A stretch of 32,000 nt of DNA from Aliivibrio fischeri ES114 (lineage in GTDB: Bacteria > Pseudomonadota > Gammaproteobacteria > Enterobacterales > Vibrionaceae). Below are positions 18,964 to 32,000 of the stretch, in pieces. The stretch is from assembly GCF_000011805.1 (NCBI RefSeq), contig NC_006840.2; one strand, 5' to 3'. The notes below the pieces were generated by a model. The model saw nothing but the letters and a program-made list of their open reading frames with translations. It did no database searches and had not been told where the DNA came from. Position numbers and translations under genes: made by a program. Every line of letters starts with the position of its first letter. Within the stretch, counting starts at the first letter, position 1.

Positions 18964-20322
18964 TTACTTTTTCGTTGGACGCTGCCAATTAGCAATGCGA
19001 CGCTCTTTAGCTCGGCTGATGTAAAGTTCATTTTCATTCACATCTTTAGTCACTGTAGAACCAGCACCAACCGTTGCACCATTAGCAACAGTAACAGGAG
19101 CAATCAACTGACTATCAGAACCAACAAACACGTCATCGCCAATAATCGTCTTAAATTTATTAGCACCATCGTAATTACAAGTAATCACACCAGCACCTAC
19201 ATTTACACGCTTACCAATTTCCGCATCACCAAGGTACGTTAAGTGATTAGCTTTAGAACCTTCACCTAAACGAACGTTCTTCACTTCAACAAAGTTACCA
19301 ACATGTGCATCATTACATAATTCAGCACCTGGACGTAAACGGGTGAATGGACCAACCGTACACTCTTCACCAACTGTAGCACCTTCAATTACGCTGTAAG
19401 GACGAATAACCGTATTATCATCAATCTCACAATCTTTAAGTACACAACCAGCACCGATAATCACGTTATCACCTAACGTTACATTACCTTCGATAATTAC
19501 GTTCGCATCAATCTCGATATCCATACCACATTGTAATGTACCACGAAGATCAAAACGGCTTGGATCTCGAAGCATAACACCTTGCTCTAATAACTTTTGA
19601 GCTTGAGCTGCTTGATAAGCTCTTTCTAATCGAGCTAGCTGAGCACGGTCATTTACACCTTCAACTTCAATAGGGCTAACAGGGTGAACAGCTTCGACTG
19701 CACGACCTTCATCATGCGCTGCCGCAATAATATCAGTTAAGTAATATTCACCTTGAGCATTTTCATTTTTAAGTGCTGCTAACCAACGTTTTAAATCACC
19801 GCCTGTAGCAACCATTACACCTGTATTAATCTCTTTGATGAGCTTCTGCTCTTCTGTTGCATCTTTCTGCTCTACAATCGCGATTACAGGGCCATTACGA
19901 CGAATAATACGTCCGTAACCCATAGGGTTATCTAGAACCACGGTTAGTAAAGCAATACCGCCTGTAGGCTGTGCATCTAATAAGTTTTCTACGGTTTCAG
20001 CACTAATTAGTGGAACATCACCATACAGAACCAGTACTTTTTCATCATCAGCAAATTCTGGTGCAGCTTGATTTACAGCATGACCTGTACCTAGCTGTTC
20101 AGCCTGAAGTACCCATTGAACACGCTCTTCACCTAATTCAGCTTTCATTTGATCACCACCGTGACCATACACTAAATGGATATTTTGAGCGCCAAGACCT
20201 TCACATGTATCAATTACATGTTTAGCCATAGGTTTGCCTGCTAAAGTATGAAGTACTTTAGGTTTGTTTGAGTACATGCGAGTGCCTTTACCCGCTGCCA
20301 AAATTACTGCACTGAAGTTCAT
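18964..20322 (-). CDS. glmU: Bifunctional N-acetylglucosamine-1-phosphate uridyltransferase / glucosamine-1-phosphate acetyltransferase
   Basis: 452 aa; [29 protein letters not shown]-terminus, C-terminal left-handed beta-helix hexapeptide repeats, [22 protein letters not shown]. Confidence 0.97.
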   Translation of the reverse strand: MNFSAVILAAGKGTRMYSNKPKVLHTLAGKPMAKHVIDTCEGLGAQNIHLVYGHGGDQMKAELGEERVQWVLQAEQLGTGHAVNQAAPEFADDEKVLVLYGDVPLISAETVENLLDAQPTGGIALLTVVLDNPMGYGRIIRRNGPVIAIVEQKDATEEQKLIKEINTGVMVATGGDLKRWLAALKNENAQGEYYLTDIIAAAHDEGRAVEAVHPVSPIEVEGVNDRAQLARLERAYQAAQAQKLLEQGVMLRDPSRFDLRGTLQCGMDIEIDANVIIEGNVTLGDNVIIGAGCVLKDCEIDDNTVIRPYSVIEGATVGEECTVGPFTRLRPGAELCNDAHVGNFVEVKNVRLGEGSKANHLTYLGDAEIGKRVNVGAGVITCNYDGANKFKTIIGDDVFVGSDSQLIAPVTVANGATVGAGSTVTKDVNENELYISRAKERRIANWQRPTKK

Positions 20323-20494
20323 GAAAAGCCCATTCTATTATTATGCTGACTTAATTTGCCTAGCTTGTTAAAACCAAAATATGAAATCCATTACTTACTA
20401 ACGTAATAGATAATGGAGTTGATACTGAGGATAAATTATATGCTAAAAAACCAATCTACGGGTGAGATAAAAATAAGAAATAAACAAAATTGAA

Positions 20495-20521
20495 AAGAAA
20501 AGGCGACCTATTGGCCGCCTT
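20495..20521 (-). terminator. Rho-independent terminator after atpC
   Basis: Minus strand AAGGCGGCC / AATA / GGTCGCCTT followed by TTCTTTT (9 bp with one G-U). Confidence 0.87.
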
Positions 20522-20539
20522 CTTTCTAATGGTGCTTGA

Positions 20540-20962
20540 TTAACGCGAACGTTTTGTCAGCTCGATAACTCGAAGCTGTGCGATCGCTTTAGCCAAATCA
20601 CTGGCCGCTTGAGCGAAGTTAATGTCGCCATGCTGATTTTGGATATTCTCCTCAGCCTTGCGCTTAGCTTCTTCTGCCTTAGCTGCGTCTAGGTCTTCAC
20701 CACGGATTGCGGTATCTGCAAGAACAGTTGCCGAACCAGGTTGAACCTCAACAATACCACCAGAAACATAAATAATTTCTTCGTGGCCATGTTGTTTAAC
20801 AATACGCACCATACCAGGCGTGATAGCGGTCAGCAGCGGTGTGTGTCCATGGAAAATACCAAGTTCACCTTCGCTACCGGTCACCTGAATCGTTTCAACC
20901 AGTCCTGAAAATAACTTTTTCTCAGCACTTACAACGTCTAGGTGAAAGGTCATTGCTGCCAT
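20540..20962 (-). CDS. atpC: F0F1 ATP synthase subunit epsilon
   Basis: 140 aa [47 protein letters not shown]. Confidence 0.96.
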
Positions 20963-20980
20963 ATCGCCTCCTAATCAGCC

Positions 20981-22411
<1,431 letters not shown>

Positions 22412-22417
22412 CTATGC

Positions 22418-23284
22418 TTAAACCGCTGAAGCGCCTGAAACAATTTCAGAAAGCTCTTGTGTAATCGCCGCTTGACGGGCTTTGTTATACACAAGTTGCA
22501 GTTCATCAATAATGTCACCAGCGTTATCTGTCGCTGCTTTCATCGCAATCATTCGCGCTACGTGTTCGCAGGCTAAATTCTCAACCACACCTTGATATAC
22601 TTGTGATTCAACATAACGAACCAATAAAGCATCTAGTAGTGGTTTTGGCTCAGGCTCATAAATGTAGTCCCAAGCATGAGTGCGTTGCATTGCTTCATCT
22701 TCAGATTTAGGCAAAGGAAGTAATTGCTCAATAGCTGGTTCTTGTACCATAGTGTTGATGAACTTATTGTTCACAACATATAGACGATCCAACTGGCCTT
22801 CATCGTATTTCTTTAGCATCACACCAACAGTACCGATCAGTTCTTCTAGGCTAGGGTGATCCCCAAGGCCTGAGTTCTGAGCGACAACGTTACCGCCGTA
22901 GCTATTAAAAAATGCTGTTGCTTTTGAGCCAATAACGGCTAAATCAATTTCAACACCATCTTCTGACCATGTTTTCATTTCTGTCATGACTTTCTTAAAC
23001 AGGTTAATGTTTAAGCCGCCACACAGGCCACGATCACTAGAAATAACGATGTAACCAACACGCTTAGCTTCACGTTCCTCAAGATACGGATGACGATACT
23101 CAAGGTTACCAAGCGCTAAATGACCGATTACTTTACGCATTGTGTCAGCATATGGACGAGACGCTTCCATCGACTCTTGCGAGCGACGCATTTTTGAAGC
23201 GGCTACCATTTCCATTGCTTTCGTGATCTTTTGAGTGCTTTTTACACTCCCGATCTTGTTACGAATCTCTTTCGCACCGGCCAT
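22418..23284 (-). CDS. atpG: F0F1 ATP synthase subunit gamma
   Basis: 288 aa [34 protein letters not shown]. Confidence 0.97.
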   Translation of the reverse strand: MAGAKEIRNKIGSVKSTQKITKAMEMVAASKMRRSQESMEASRPYADTMRKVIGHLALGNLEYRHPYLEEREAKRVGYIVISSDRGLCGGLNINLFKKVMTEMKTWSEDGVEIDLAVIGSKATAFFNSYGGNVVAQNSGLGDHPSLEELIGTVGVMLKKYDEGQLDRLYVVNNKFINTMVQEPAIEQLLPLPKSEDEAMQRTHAWDYIYEPEPKPLLDALLVRYVESQVYQGVVENLACEHVARMIAMKAATDNAGDIIDELQLVYNKARQAAITQELSEIVSGASAV

Positions 23285-23329
23285 CGTTACTCTCCGTTTT
23301 CGGGTGACCCATTACAGGCCACCAACGAA

Positions 23330-24871
23330 TTACCAGGTCTGGGTTGCTTTGAAATCTTCAACCAGTTTCACGAACTGAGCTTCAATTTCATTATTCCAAG
23401 CACCCGATGTGTCGATCTCTTTTGCTAGATCGGCAAACTGACCACGAGCATACGACAGCAATGCTTCTTCAAAATCTGCAAGCTTAGCAAGCTCAACATC
23501 TTTCAAATAGCCTTTTTCAGCTGCGAAGATAACTAAAGCTTGGTCAAAAACAGACATTGGAGCGTACTGTTTCTGCTTCATAAGTTCAGTTACTTTCTCA
23601 CCATGGTCTAGCTGCTTCTTAGTCGCGTCATCAAGATCAGATGAGAACTGAGCAAACGCTGCAAGTTCACGATACTGTGCAAGAGCAGTACGAATACCAC
23701 CAGACAGTTTCTTAATGATCTTAGTTTGTGCAGAACCACCTACACGCGATACAGAGATACCAGGATCTACCGCAGGACGAACACCAGCAGTGAACAGTTC
23801 TGTTTGTAGGAAGATCTGACCATCAGTAATCGAGATTACGTTGGTTGGTACGAATGCAGATACGTCACCAGCTTGAGTTTCGATGATAGGTAGAGCAGTT
23901 AAAGAACCTGTTTTACCTGTCACTTCACCGTTAGTGAATCGCTCAACGTACGCTTCACTTACACGAGCAGCACGCTCTAGTAGGCGAGAGTGTAAGTAGA
24001 ATACGTCACCTGGGAATGCTTCACGGCCCGGTGGACGTTTCAGTAGTAGAGAGATTTGACGGTAAGCTACCGCTTGTTTAGATAGGTCATCATAAACAAT
24101 CAGAGCATCTTCACCGCGGTCACGGAAGTATTCACCCATCGCACAACCTGAGTACGGTGCAAGGTATTGCAGCGCAGCAGATTCAGAAGCCGATGCAACA
24201 ACAACAATAGTGTTTGCTAGTGCGCCGTGCTCTTCTAATTTGCGAACTACGTTAGCAATTGTTGATGCCTTTTGGCCAATCGCAACATAGATAGAGAAAA
24301 TACCAGAATCTTTTTGGTTAATGATCGCATCGATCGCCATTGCTGTTTTACCAGTCTGACGGTCACCGATGATTAGCTCACGCTGACCACGGCCGATTGG
24401 GATCATTGAGTCAACTGACTTATAGCCAGTCTGTACTGGTTGGTCTACTGATTTACGATCGATTACACCAGGTGCAATCACTTCTACTGGAGAAGTCAGT
24501 TTCGCTTCAATTGGACCTTTACCATCGATTGGCTCACCAAGTGTGTTAACAACACGACCTAGTAATTCAGGACCAACAGGAACTTCAAGGATACGACCAG
24601 TACCTGTTACTTTCATGCCTTCCTGTAGGTCAGCATATGGGCCCATTACTACCGCACCAACTGAATCACGATTCAAGTTAAGTGCTAGCGCGTAACGGCC
24701 ACCCGGTAATTCAATCATTTCGCCTTGCATTACATCAGCAAGGCCGTGGATATTGATGATACCGTCGCTTACCGACACGATAGTACCTTCATTGCGAGCT
24801 TCAGTTACAACGTTGAATTTTTCAATACGTTGTTTGATTAGATCGCTAATTTCCGTGGAATTAAGTTGCAT
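23330..24871 (-). CDS. atpA: F0F1 ATP synthase subunit alpha
   Basis: 513 aa [21 protein letters not shown]; [19 protein letters not shown]. Confidence 0.98.
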   Translation of the reverse strand: MQLNSTEISDLIKQRIEKFNVVTEARNEGTIVSVSDGIINIHGLADVMQGEMIELPGGRYALALNLNRDSVGAVVMGPYADLQEGMKVTGTGRILEVPVGPELLGRVVNTLGEPIDGKGPIEAKLTSPVEVIAPGVIDRKSVDQPVQTGYKSVDSMIPIGRGQRELIIGDRQTGKTAMAIDAIINQKDSGIFSIYVAIGQKASTIANVVRKLEEHGALANTIVVVASASESAALQYLAPYSGCAMGEYFRDRGEDALIVYDDLSKQAVAYRQISLLLKRPPGREAFPGDVFYLHSRLLERAARVSEAYVERFTNGEVTGKTGSLTALPIIETQAGDVSAFVPTNVISITDGQIFLQTELFTAGVRPAVDPGISVSRVGGSAQTKIIKKLSGGIRTALAQYRELAAFAQFSSDLDDATKKQLDHGEKVTELMKQKQYAPMSVFDQALVIFAAEKGYLKDVELAKLADFEEALLSYARGQFADLAKEIDTSGAWNNEIEAQFVKLVEDFKATQTW

Positions 24872-24884
24872 GCTCCATTCCCCA

Positions 24885-25418
24885 TCAAGACTGCAATGTT
24901 TCGCTCAGACGACCTAAACGGCCACGTGCTGAGTTATCAATGACTAGGTCTCCGGCTCGAATAATAACCCCTGCTAGAAGGGTCTCATCTACGCTACAAT
25001 TCAGCTTCACTTTACGCTCTAGACGAGCTTCAAGTTTGGCACCAATGTCAGCTTTCTGCTGCTCTGTTAGTTCAATTGCTGATGTAACATCAGCATCAAT
25101 CACTTTTTCAAACTCATGTTGTAAAAGGATAAATTGCTCTAACACTCCTGGTAGAACTTTCAAACGGCCATTTTCAGCCATTACGTTAATAAAGTTCTGT
25201 CCAAACTCGTTCAGTTGTTCGCCACAAATAGAAATAAAAATTTCAGCTAACTGCTCTGATGCAATAGCACCGTCTAGCAGTTGAGCGACATCTTCATTTT
25301 TTGCGACTTCTGAACAAAAAGTTAGCATTTGAGCCCATTGGCTCAATTCGCCTTTTTCGACCGCAAAGTCAAAAGCTGCTTTCGCGTAGGGGCGTGCGAT
25401 GGTTGCCATTTCCGACAT
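24885..25418 (-). CDS. atpH: F0F1 ATP synthase subunit delta
   Basis: 177 aa [25 protein letters not shown]. Confidence 0.96.
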   Translation of the reverse strand: MSEMATIARPYAKAAFDFAVEKGELSQWAQMLTFCSEVAKNEDVAQLLDGAIASEQLAEIFISICGEQLNEFGQNFINVMAENGRLKVLPGVLEQFILLQHEFEKVIDADVTSAIELTEQQKADIGAKLEARLERKVKLNCSVDETLLAGVIIRAGDLVIDNSARGRLGRLSETLQS

Positions 25419-25435
25419 ATCTTGGCCCCTTTTCT

Positions 25436-25906
25436 TTACAATTTCGCAGTGATGTTATCAAGAATATCTTTCTGCGCTTCTACATCAATAGAACGCTCTA
25501 AGATTTTCTCGGCACCGATCACAGCCAGAGTTGCAACTTGTTTACGCAGTTCATCGCGGGCACGGTTGCGTTCAGATTCAAGTTCAGCTTCACCTTGTGT
25601 AAGAATCTTCTGGCGTTCAACCAGAGCTTCTTCACGAGCTTCGTCTAAAATTTGACTTTTACGCTTGTTAGCCTGTTCGATGATCTCAGTTGCAGCGCGC
25701 TTTGCTTCTTTTAATTGATCAGAAGCATTAGCTTGTGCCAAATCAAGGTCTTTAGCTGCGCGTTCAGCGGCAGATAAACCGTCAGCAATTTTTTTCTGAC
25801 GTTCCTCGATCGCTTCCATGATTGGTGGCCATACATATTTCATGCAGAACCAAACAAACAGTGTAAAAGCGATTGCTTGACCAAGCAGAGTTGCGTTCAT
25901 ATTCAC
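25436..25906 (-). CDS. atpF: F0F1 ATP synthase subunit b
   Basis: 156 aa [44 protein letters not shown]. Confidence 0.97.
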   Translation of the reverse strand: MNMNATLLGQAIAFTLFVWFCMKYVWPPIMEAIEERQKKIADGLSAAERAAKDLDLAQANASDQLKEAKRAATEIIEQANKRKSQILDEAREEALVERQKILTQGEAELESERNRARDELRKQVATLAVIGAEKILERSIDVEAQKDILDNITAKL

Positions 25907-25961
25907 AACAGCTACCCCTCGTTAAGAATCAGCTACAAAAATTCAATTAGCAATGGCTAGA

Positions 25962-26219
<258 letters not shown>

Positions 26220-26276
26220 TTACTTTCTCCAGTTTTATGTTGTCGGCAAAGTGCCATTGATAAATAAATGTCTAAA

Positions 26277-27487
<1,211 letters not shown>

Positions 27488-27551
27488 GTATTCTTCCTTT
27501 AAAGCACCTTTGCCTTGATTTAAATCAAGTTAAAACAAAGATTTTACAAAA

Positions 27552-27579
27552 ATTATACGTTGAGCTGATATGAATGCAA
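27552..27579 (-). promoter_or_regulatory. Candidate sigma70 promoter of the atp operon
   Basis: Minus strand TTGCAT (27579-27574), 16-nt spacer, TATAAT (27557-27552), about 65 nt upstream of the atpI start. Confidence 0.6.
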
Positions 27580-27675
27580 TCAAATAGCATTAAAAAGTTA
27601 CATTTATGAGAACATAACGGTGACTTTTACGACGTAAAGTACGGTTTTTATATCAACACACGTTTTATATCACAT

Positions 27676-28560
27676 TTAGCTTTCTAGCTTTGCGATAAGT
27701 TGTTCTAATTTGTGAGCCTCGTCAAAGGTAATCGTTACCTTTCCTTTGCCCGCTGCATTTCGGCTTATCACAACTTTAGAGCCAAGAGTTGATGATAATT
27801 TATCCGAAATAGTCATCATTTCAGTATCAACTTCTTTTGGTTCTTCCTCTTTTTGAGGAGCCAATAGCTCTTTTACTTTTTGTTCAGTTTGACGAACAGT
27901 CAGCTTCTTTTTGATTACGAGATGAGCTAATTCAACTTGCTGTTCATTTTCTAATGCTAACAACGCACGAGCATGACCCATCTCAAGTTCTTTCTGCTCA
28001 ACTAAGCCTTTCACTTCATCAGTTAATGCATTTAGACGCAATAAATTCGTTACTGTTGTTCGAGATTTACCAATAACATCTGAAATTTGCTGATGAGTTA
28101 ATTCAAATTCTTGCTGTAAACGCTCTAAAGCTTGAGCTTCTTCAATTGCATTCAAATCTTCACGTTGAATATTTTCAATTAAAGCCATCGCGATTGCGGC
28201 TTTATCTTCAACAGATTTAACCACGCATGGGACGTGTTTTAGACCCGCTTTTTTAGCGGCACGGAAGCGTCGTTCGCCAGCAATGATTTCGTATTGTTGA
28301 GAAGCAACTTCACGTACAACGATCGGTTGGATGATACCTTGAGAACGAATAGAAGCAGAAAGCTCTTCAAGGGCTTCTTCTTCCATAACTTTACGAGGTT
28401 GATATTGACCAGCACTCAATTGATGAATACCTAACTCAACCAATTGAGCATCTTTAGAAATGGACTCGCTTTGTGCAGCAGCTGTCTGCTTTTCACGTGC
28501 AATTGAACTTGTTGCTAATAGGGCATCTAATCCTTTGCCTAAACCACGTTTATTACTCAT
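27676..28560 (-). CDS. parB: Chromosome partitioning protein ParB (Spo0J)
   Basis: MSNKRGLGKGLDALLATSS; GERRFRAAKKAG; helix-turn-helix SDVIGKSRTTVTNLLRLN. Start trimmed from 28596. Confidence 0.96.
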   Translation of the reverse strand: MSNKRGLGKGLDALLATSSIAREKQTAAAQSESISKDAQLVELGIHQLSAGQYQPRKVMEEEALEELSASIRSQGIIQPIVVREVASQQYEIIAGERRFRAAKKAGLKHVPCVVKSVEDKAAIAMALIENIQREDLNAIEEAQALERLQQEFELTHQQISDVIGKSRTTVTNLLRLNALTDEVKGLVEQKELEMGHARALLALENEQQVELAHLVIKKKLTVRQTEQKVKELLAPQKEEEPKEVDTEMMTISDKLSSTLGSKVVISRNAAGKGKVTITFDEAHKLEQLIAKLES

Positions 28561-29350
28561 GAATTTCTGTTTCCCTTTCTTTTTCCATTTCGTCACGGCG
28601 AATTATCTCTCCGGCAAGGGCTAAATAAGCCTTTGCACCATTTGAGTATTTATCATAATACATTGCAGGTTTACCATGACTAGGCGCTTCTGCTAGGCGA
28701 ACATTTCGAGGGATCACAGTGCGATACACTTTTTCACCAAAATGTTTTTTCAATTGATCAGATACATCATTCGCTAAGCGATTACGAGGATCAAACATGG
28801 TTCTAAGCAACCCTTCGATCTTTAAATCAGCATTCACTACAGCGGCTAATTTACCTATGGTATCAATTAAAGCCGTTAGTCCTTCAAGTGCGTAATACTC
28901 ACATTGCATAGGAACTAATACAGAATCAGATGCTGCCATGGCGTTAATTGTAAGGAGATTTAGAGCGGGAGGGCAATCGATAAAGATGAAATCATAGTTA
29001 CCACGAATTGGGTAGATCATGTTGCGCAAGCGAACTTCTCGCGCAAACACTTCCATTAATTTGATTTCAGCAGCAGTAACGTCACCATTGGCAGCAATTA
29101 AATCATAGCCACCAGAGGTTTCCTCTATCACAACTTTGTCAAAAGGCACTTCGTCAACCAACAACTCGTAAGCGGTTGCATCCACATCATATTTATCAAC
29201 ACCACTGGCCATGGTTGCATTGCCTTGGGCATCAAGGTCAATTAATAAGACCTTTCGATGTGTTGCAGCCATTGATGCTGCAAGATTCACCGCTGTTGTT
29301 GTTTTACCTACGCCACCTTTCTGGTTCGCAATAGAGATAATTTTTCCCAC
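28553..29350 (-). CDS. parA: Chromosome partitioning ATPase ParA (Soj)
   Basis: MGKIISIANQKGGVGKTTTAVNLAASMA deviant Walker A; GTG start; 8-nt overlap with parB. Confidence 0.96.
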   Translation of the reverse strand: MGKIISIANQKGGVGKTTTAVNLAASMAATHRKVLLIDLDAQGNATMASGVDKYDVDATAYELLVDEVPFDKVVIEETSGGYDLIAANGDVTAAEIKLMEVFAREVRLRNMIYPIRGNYDFIFIDCPPALNLLTINAMAASDSVLVPMQCEYYALEGLTALIDTIGKLAAVVNADLKIEGLLRTMFDPRNRLANDVSDQLKKHFGEKVYRTVIPRNVRLAEAPSHGKPAMYYDKYSNGAKAYLALAGEIIRRDEMEKERETEIHE

Positions 29351-29365
29351 ACTAACCTCATTCCA

Positions 29366-30007
29366 TTATTTTTTTCCGGCTAAGGTGACTAAATGTCTTT
29401 CACCCTCTAACTCCGGAACGATCAATGTCGCTACATTTTTAACAGAGCACCATTCAGGAAGATCATTCGCTTCTTCTTCTGAATAAATACCTTTTAATGC
29501 TAAAAATACACCATCTTCTTCTTTCGGTAGATGATGACACCAATTCACCATGTCTGTCATTGATGCAAATGCACGACTTAGGACTGCATCAAACTTTTCT
29601 TCAGGTTGAAACTCTTCAACACGGCTTTGAATTGGTGTTACGTTGGTGATTTTTAGCTCATGAATAACTTGTTTAATAAAGCGAATTCGCTTTCCTAAAC
29701 TATCCAATAGTGTAAATGATTTCTCTGGATTCATGATAGCTAATGGGATACCAGGTAACCCAGGACCTGTACCAACATCAATAAAACGTTCACCAGATAA
29801 TTTTGGACTAACTACAATGCTGTCCAAAATGTGCTTAATAACCATTTCACTTGGGTTTCTCACTGAGGTTAAGTTATACGCTTTATTCCACTTGTGGAGT
29901 AGTGCAACATAACCAAGGAGTTGTTCTTTTTGCAATTCAGAGACATTTAAGTCAGTTTGAGCAATTAAACGGTCGAATTGTTGAGATAAATCGGTCACGT
30001 TACTCAC
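29366..30007 (-). CDS. rsmG: 16S rRNA (guanine-527-N7)-methyltransferase RsmG (GidB)
   Basis: 213 aa; [19 protein letters not shown]; GTG start; 8-nt overlap with the mnmG 3' end. Confidence 0.96.
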   Translation of the reverse strand: MSNVTDLSQQFDRLIAQTDLNVSELQKEQLLGYVALLHKWNKAYNLTSVRNPSEMVIKHILDSIVVSPKLSGERFIDVGTGPGLPGIPLAIMNPEKSFTLLDSLGKRIRFIKQVIHELKITNVTPIQSRVEEFQPEEKFDAVLSRAFASMTDMVNWCHHLPKEEDGVFLALKGIYSEEEANDLPEWCSVKNVATLIVPELEGERHLVTLAGKK

Positions 30008-31889
30008 CTTTCTTTAATAAACCGTGTTTTTTCAAATGAACTAATAAAATTGAAATAGCAGCAGGCGTGATACCTGAAATACGAGAAGCAATACCAATCG
30101 TTTCTGGTTTTGCATCACTCAGTTTAGCCACAACCTCATTTGAAAGACCTTTTACTTCTTTGTAATCAAGATCAAACGGTAATTTTGTATTTTCATGACG
30201 TAATGATTTTTCAATTTCATCACGTTGACGTTGAATGTAACCCGCATATTTTACTTGGATTTCAACTTGCTCAGATGCTTGTGAATCTTCAAGAGCAGGA
30301 CCAAAACCATCAATTGAAACTAGAGATTGATAATTAACTTCCGGACGACGTAGAAGATCCTCACCACTTGCTTCACGAGCAATTGGCGTTTTTAGGATCG
30401 CATTAACTTGATCCACTTGTTCTGATTTTGGATTGATCCAAATATCTTTCAAGCGTTGACGTTCTTGCTCCATGTTCTCTACTTTTTCGTTAAAGCGAGC
30501 CCAACGAACATCATCAACAAGACCTAAAGTTCGACCTTGTTCAGTTAAACGTAAATCAGCATTATCTTCACGAAGTAATAAACGATATTCGGCACGAGAA
30601 GTGAACATACGGTACGGTTCTTTAGTACCTAATGTTGATAAATCATCAATTAATACACCCATGTACGCTTCATCACGACGTGGACTCCAGCCTTCTTTGC
30701 CTTGAGCAAACAAACTTGCGTTAAGACCAGCCATTAAACCTTGAGCAGCAGCTTCTTCGTATCCTGTTGTACCGTTAATTTGACCAGCAAAGAATAGACC
30801 TTCAATAAACTTCGTTTCATAAGTTGATTTTAAATCTCGAGGATCAAAGAAATCATATTCGATCGCATAACCTGGGCGCACAATGTGTGCATTTTCAAAA
30901 CCTTTCATTGAACGTACGATTTGCAGTTGTACGTCAAATGGTAAGCTTGTTGAAATACCATTTGGATACAGTTCGTGCGTTGATAAACCTTCTGGCTCAA
31001 TAAAGATTTGGTGACTGTCTTTATCAGCAAAACGCATTACTTTGTCTTCAATTGAAGGACAGTAACGAGGACCAATACCTTCGATAACACCTGCATACAT
31101 AGGGCTTCTATCAAGGTTATTACGAATTACATCATGTGTTTTTTCATTAGTATGGGTAATAAAGCAATTTACTTGCTGTGGATGGTGCTCACGTTTACCT
31201 AAAAATGAAAAGACAGGGGTTGGATTATCACCCGGTTGTGCTTCTAGTCCTGAAAAATCAACAGAACGAGCATCAATACGTGGAGGTGTACCGGTTTTTA
31301 AACGATCTATTCTAAATGGACGTTCACGTAGACGTTGAGCAAGAGTGATCGAAGAAGGATCTCCTGCGCGGCCTCCTGAGAAGTTTTCCATACCAATATG
31401 TATCTGACCCCCTAAAAAGGTTCCAGCGGTCAATACAACGGATTTAGCACGGAATTTAAGGCCCATTTGAGTTACAGCACCCATCACCTTATCGTTTTCT
31501 ATAATAAGATCATCAACGGCTTGCTGAAATAACGTTAAGTTTGGTTGGTTTTCTAATACTGAACGAACATAAGCTTTGTATAACGCTCTATCTGCTTGTG
31601 CGCGAGTAGCTCGAACAGCTGGACCTTTTGAAGCATTCAATGTTCTGAATTGAATACCACTATGATCGATGGCTTGTGCCATTAAACCACCTAAGGCATC
31701 AACTTCCTTTACCAGATGTCCTTTGCCGATCCCACCAATTGCAGGGTTACACGACATTTGACCTAATGTATCAATGTTATGAGTGAGTAGAAGTGTATTT
31801 TGTCCTGTTCTTGCTGCAGCAAGTGCTGCTTCAGTACCAGCATGACCACCGCCAATAACAATGACATCAAAGTTGTCTTGGTAAAACAT
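30000..31889 (-). CDS. mnmG: tRNA uridine-5-carboxymethylaminomethyl modification enzyme MnmG (GidA)
   Basis: 629 aa; [26 protein letters not shown] motif, [25 protein letters not shown]. Confidence 0.98.
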   Translation of the reverse strand: MFYQDNFDVIVIGGGHAGTEAALAAARTGQNTLLLTHNIDTLGQMSCNPAIGGIGKGHLVKEVDALGGLMAQAIDHSGIQFRTLNASKGPAVRATRAQADRALYKAYVRSVLENQPNLTLFQQAVDDLIIENDKVMGAVTQMGLKFRAKSVVLTAGTFLGGQIHIGMENFSGGRAGDPSSITLAQRLRERPFRIDRLKTGTPPRIDARSVDFSGLEAQPGDNPTPVFSFLGKREHHPQQVNCFITHTNEKTHDVIRNNLDRSPMYAGVIEGIGPRYCPSIEDKVMRFADKDSHQIFIEPEGLSTHELYPNGISTSLPFDVQLQIVRSMKGFENAHIVRPGYAIEYDFFDPRDLKSTYETKFIEGLFFAGQINGTTGYEEAAAQGLMAGLNASLFAQGKEGWSPRRDEAYMGVLIDDLSTLGTKEPYRMFTSRAEYRLLLREDNADLRLTEQGRTLGLVDDVRWARFNEKVENMEQERQRLKDIWINPKSEQVDQVNAILKTPIAREASGEDLLRRPEVNYQSLVSIDGFGPALEDSQASEQVEIQVKYAGYIQRQRDEIEKSLRHENTKLPFDLDYKEVKGLSNEVVAKLSDAKPETIGIASRISGITPAAISILLVHLKKHGLLKKGE

Positions 31890-32000
31890 GATTCGACCTT
31901 AGGAGTAATGAAAAGAGTTAGAAGAATTTAACTTAAGAGATGTATTTTACCCTTTTTCTAGCTTGGAAAGAAATGAAAAAGTGATGAAGTTCAAAAAAGA

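Noticed and set aside
28489-28504. Possible parS-like site (TTTCACGTG core) inside the start region of parB
   Set aside because: Against the canonical TGTTTCACGTGAAACA only the central part matches; I count about 5 mismatches in 16, including the flanking palindrome. Likely coding-sequence coincidence.

Overview
This window looks like an ordinary, gene-dense core-chromosome segment from a Vibrionaceae genome. Product order and protein character resemble Aliivibrio, but the taxon is an inference. Left to right: 3' end of rsmB, trkA-trkH (+); yqfA/hemolysin III and a Spo0M-family gene (-); an untracked 55-aa small ORF, yihD, ccoG, srkA, dsbA (+); a yihG-like acyltransferase and comM/yifB (-); an ilvL leader peptide with attenuator, then ilvG-M-E-D-A and a cold-shock protein gene (+); glmU; the complete atpIBEFHAGDC operon; parB-parA; rsmG and mnmG (all -). 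The right edge is probably close to oriC, because mnmG-rsmG-parA-parB-atp is the classic origin-proximal block, but no origin is visible. I found no mobile element, CRISPR array, tRNA/rRNA, toxin-antitoxin or defence system, and no convincing undescribed multi-gene system. The items worth a second look are small or regulatory: the 55-aa ORF capped by a strong terminator (5254-5421), a 15-bp inverted repeat overlapping the predicted yqfA promoter and carrying an opposite-facing T-tract (4162-4209), a terminator-like hairpin in the srkA leader, a fully readable ilv attenuator, a perfect DnaA-box 9-mer upstream of the yihG-like gene, structured ends on the cold-shock mRNA, and an inverted repeat upstream of glmU. 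All calls come from reading the sequence; no database search or folding program was run.
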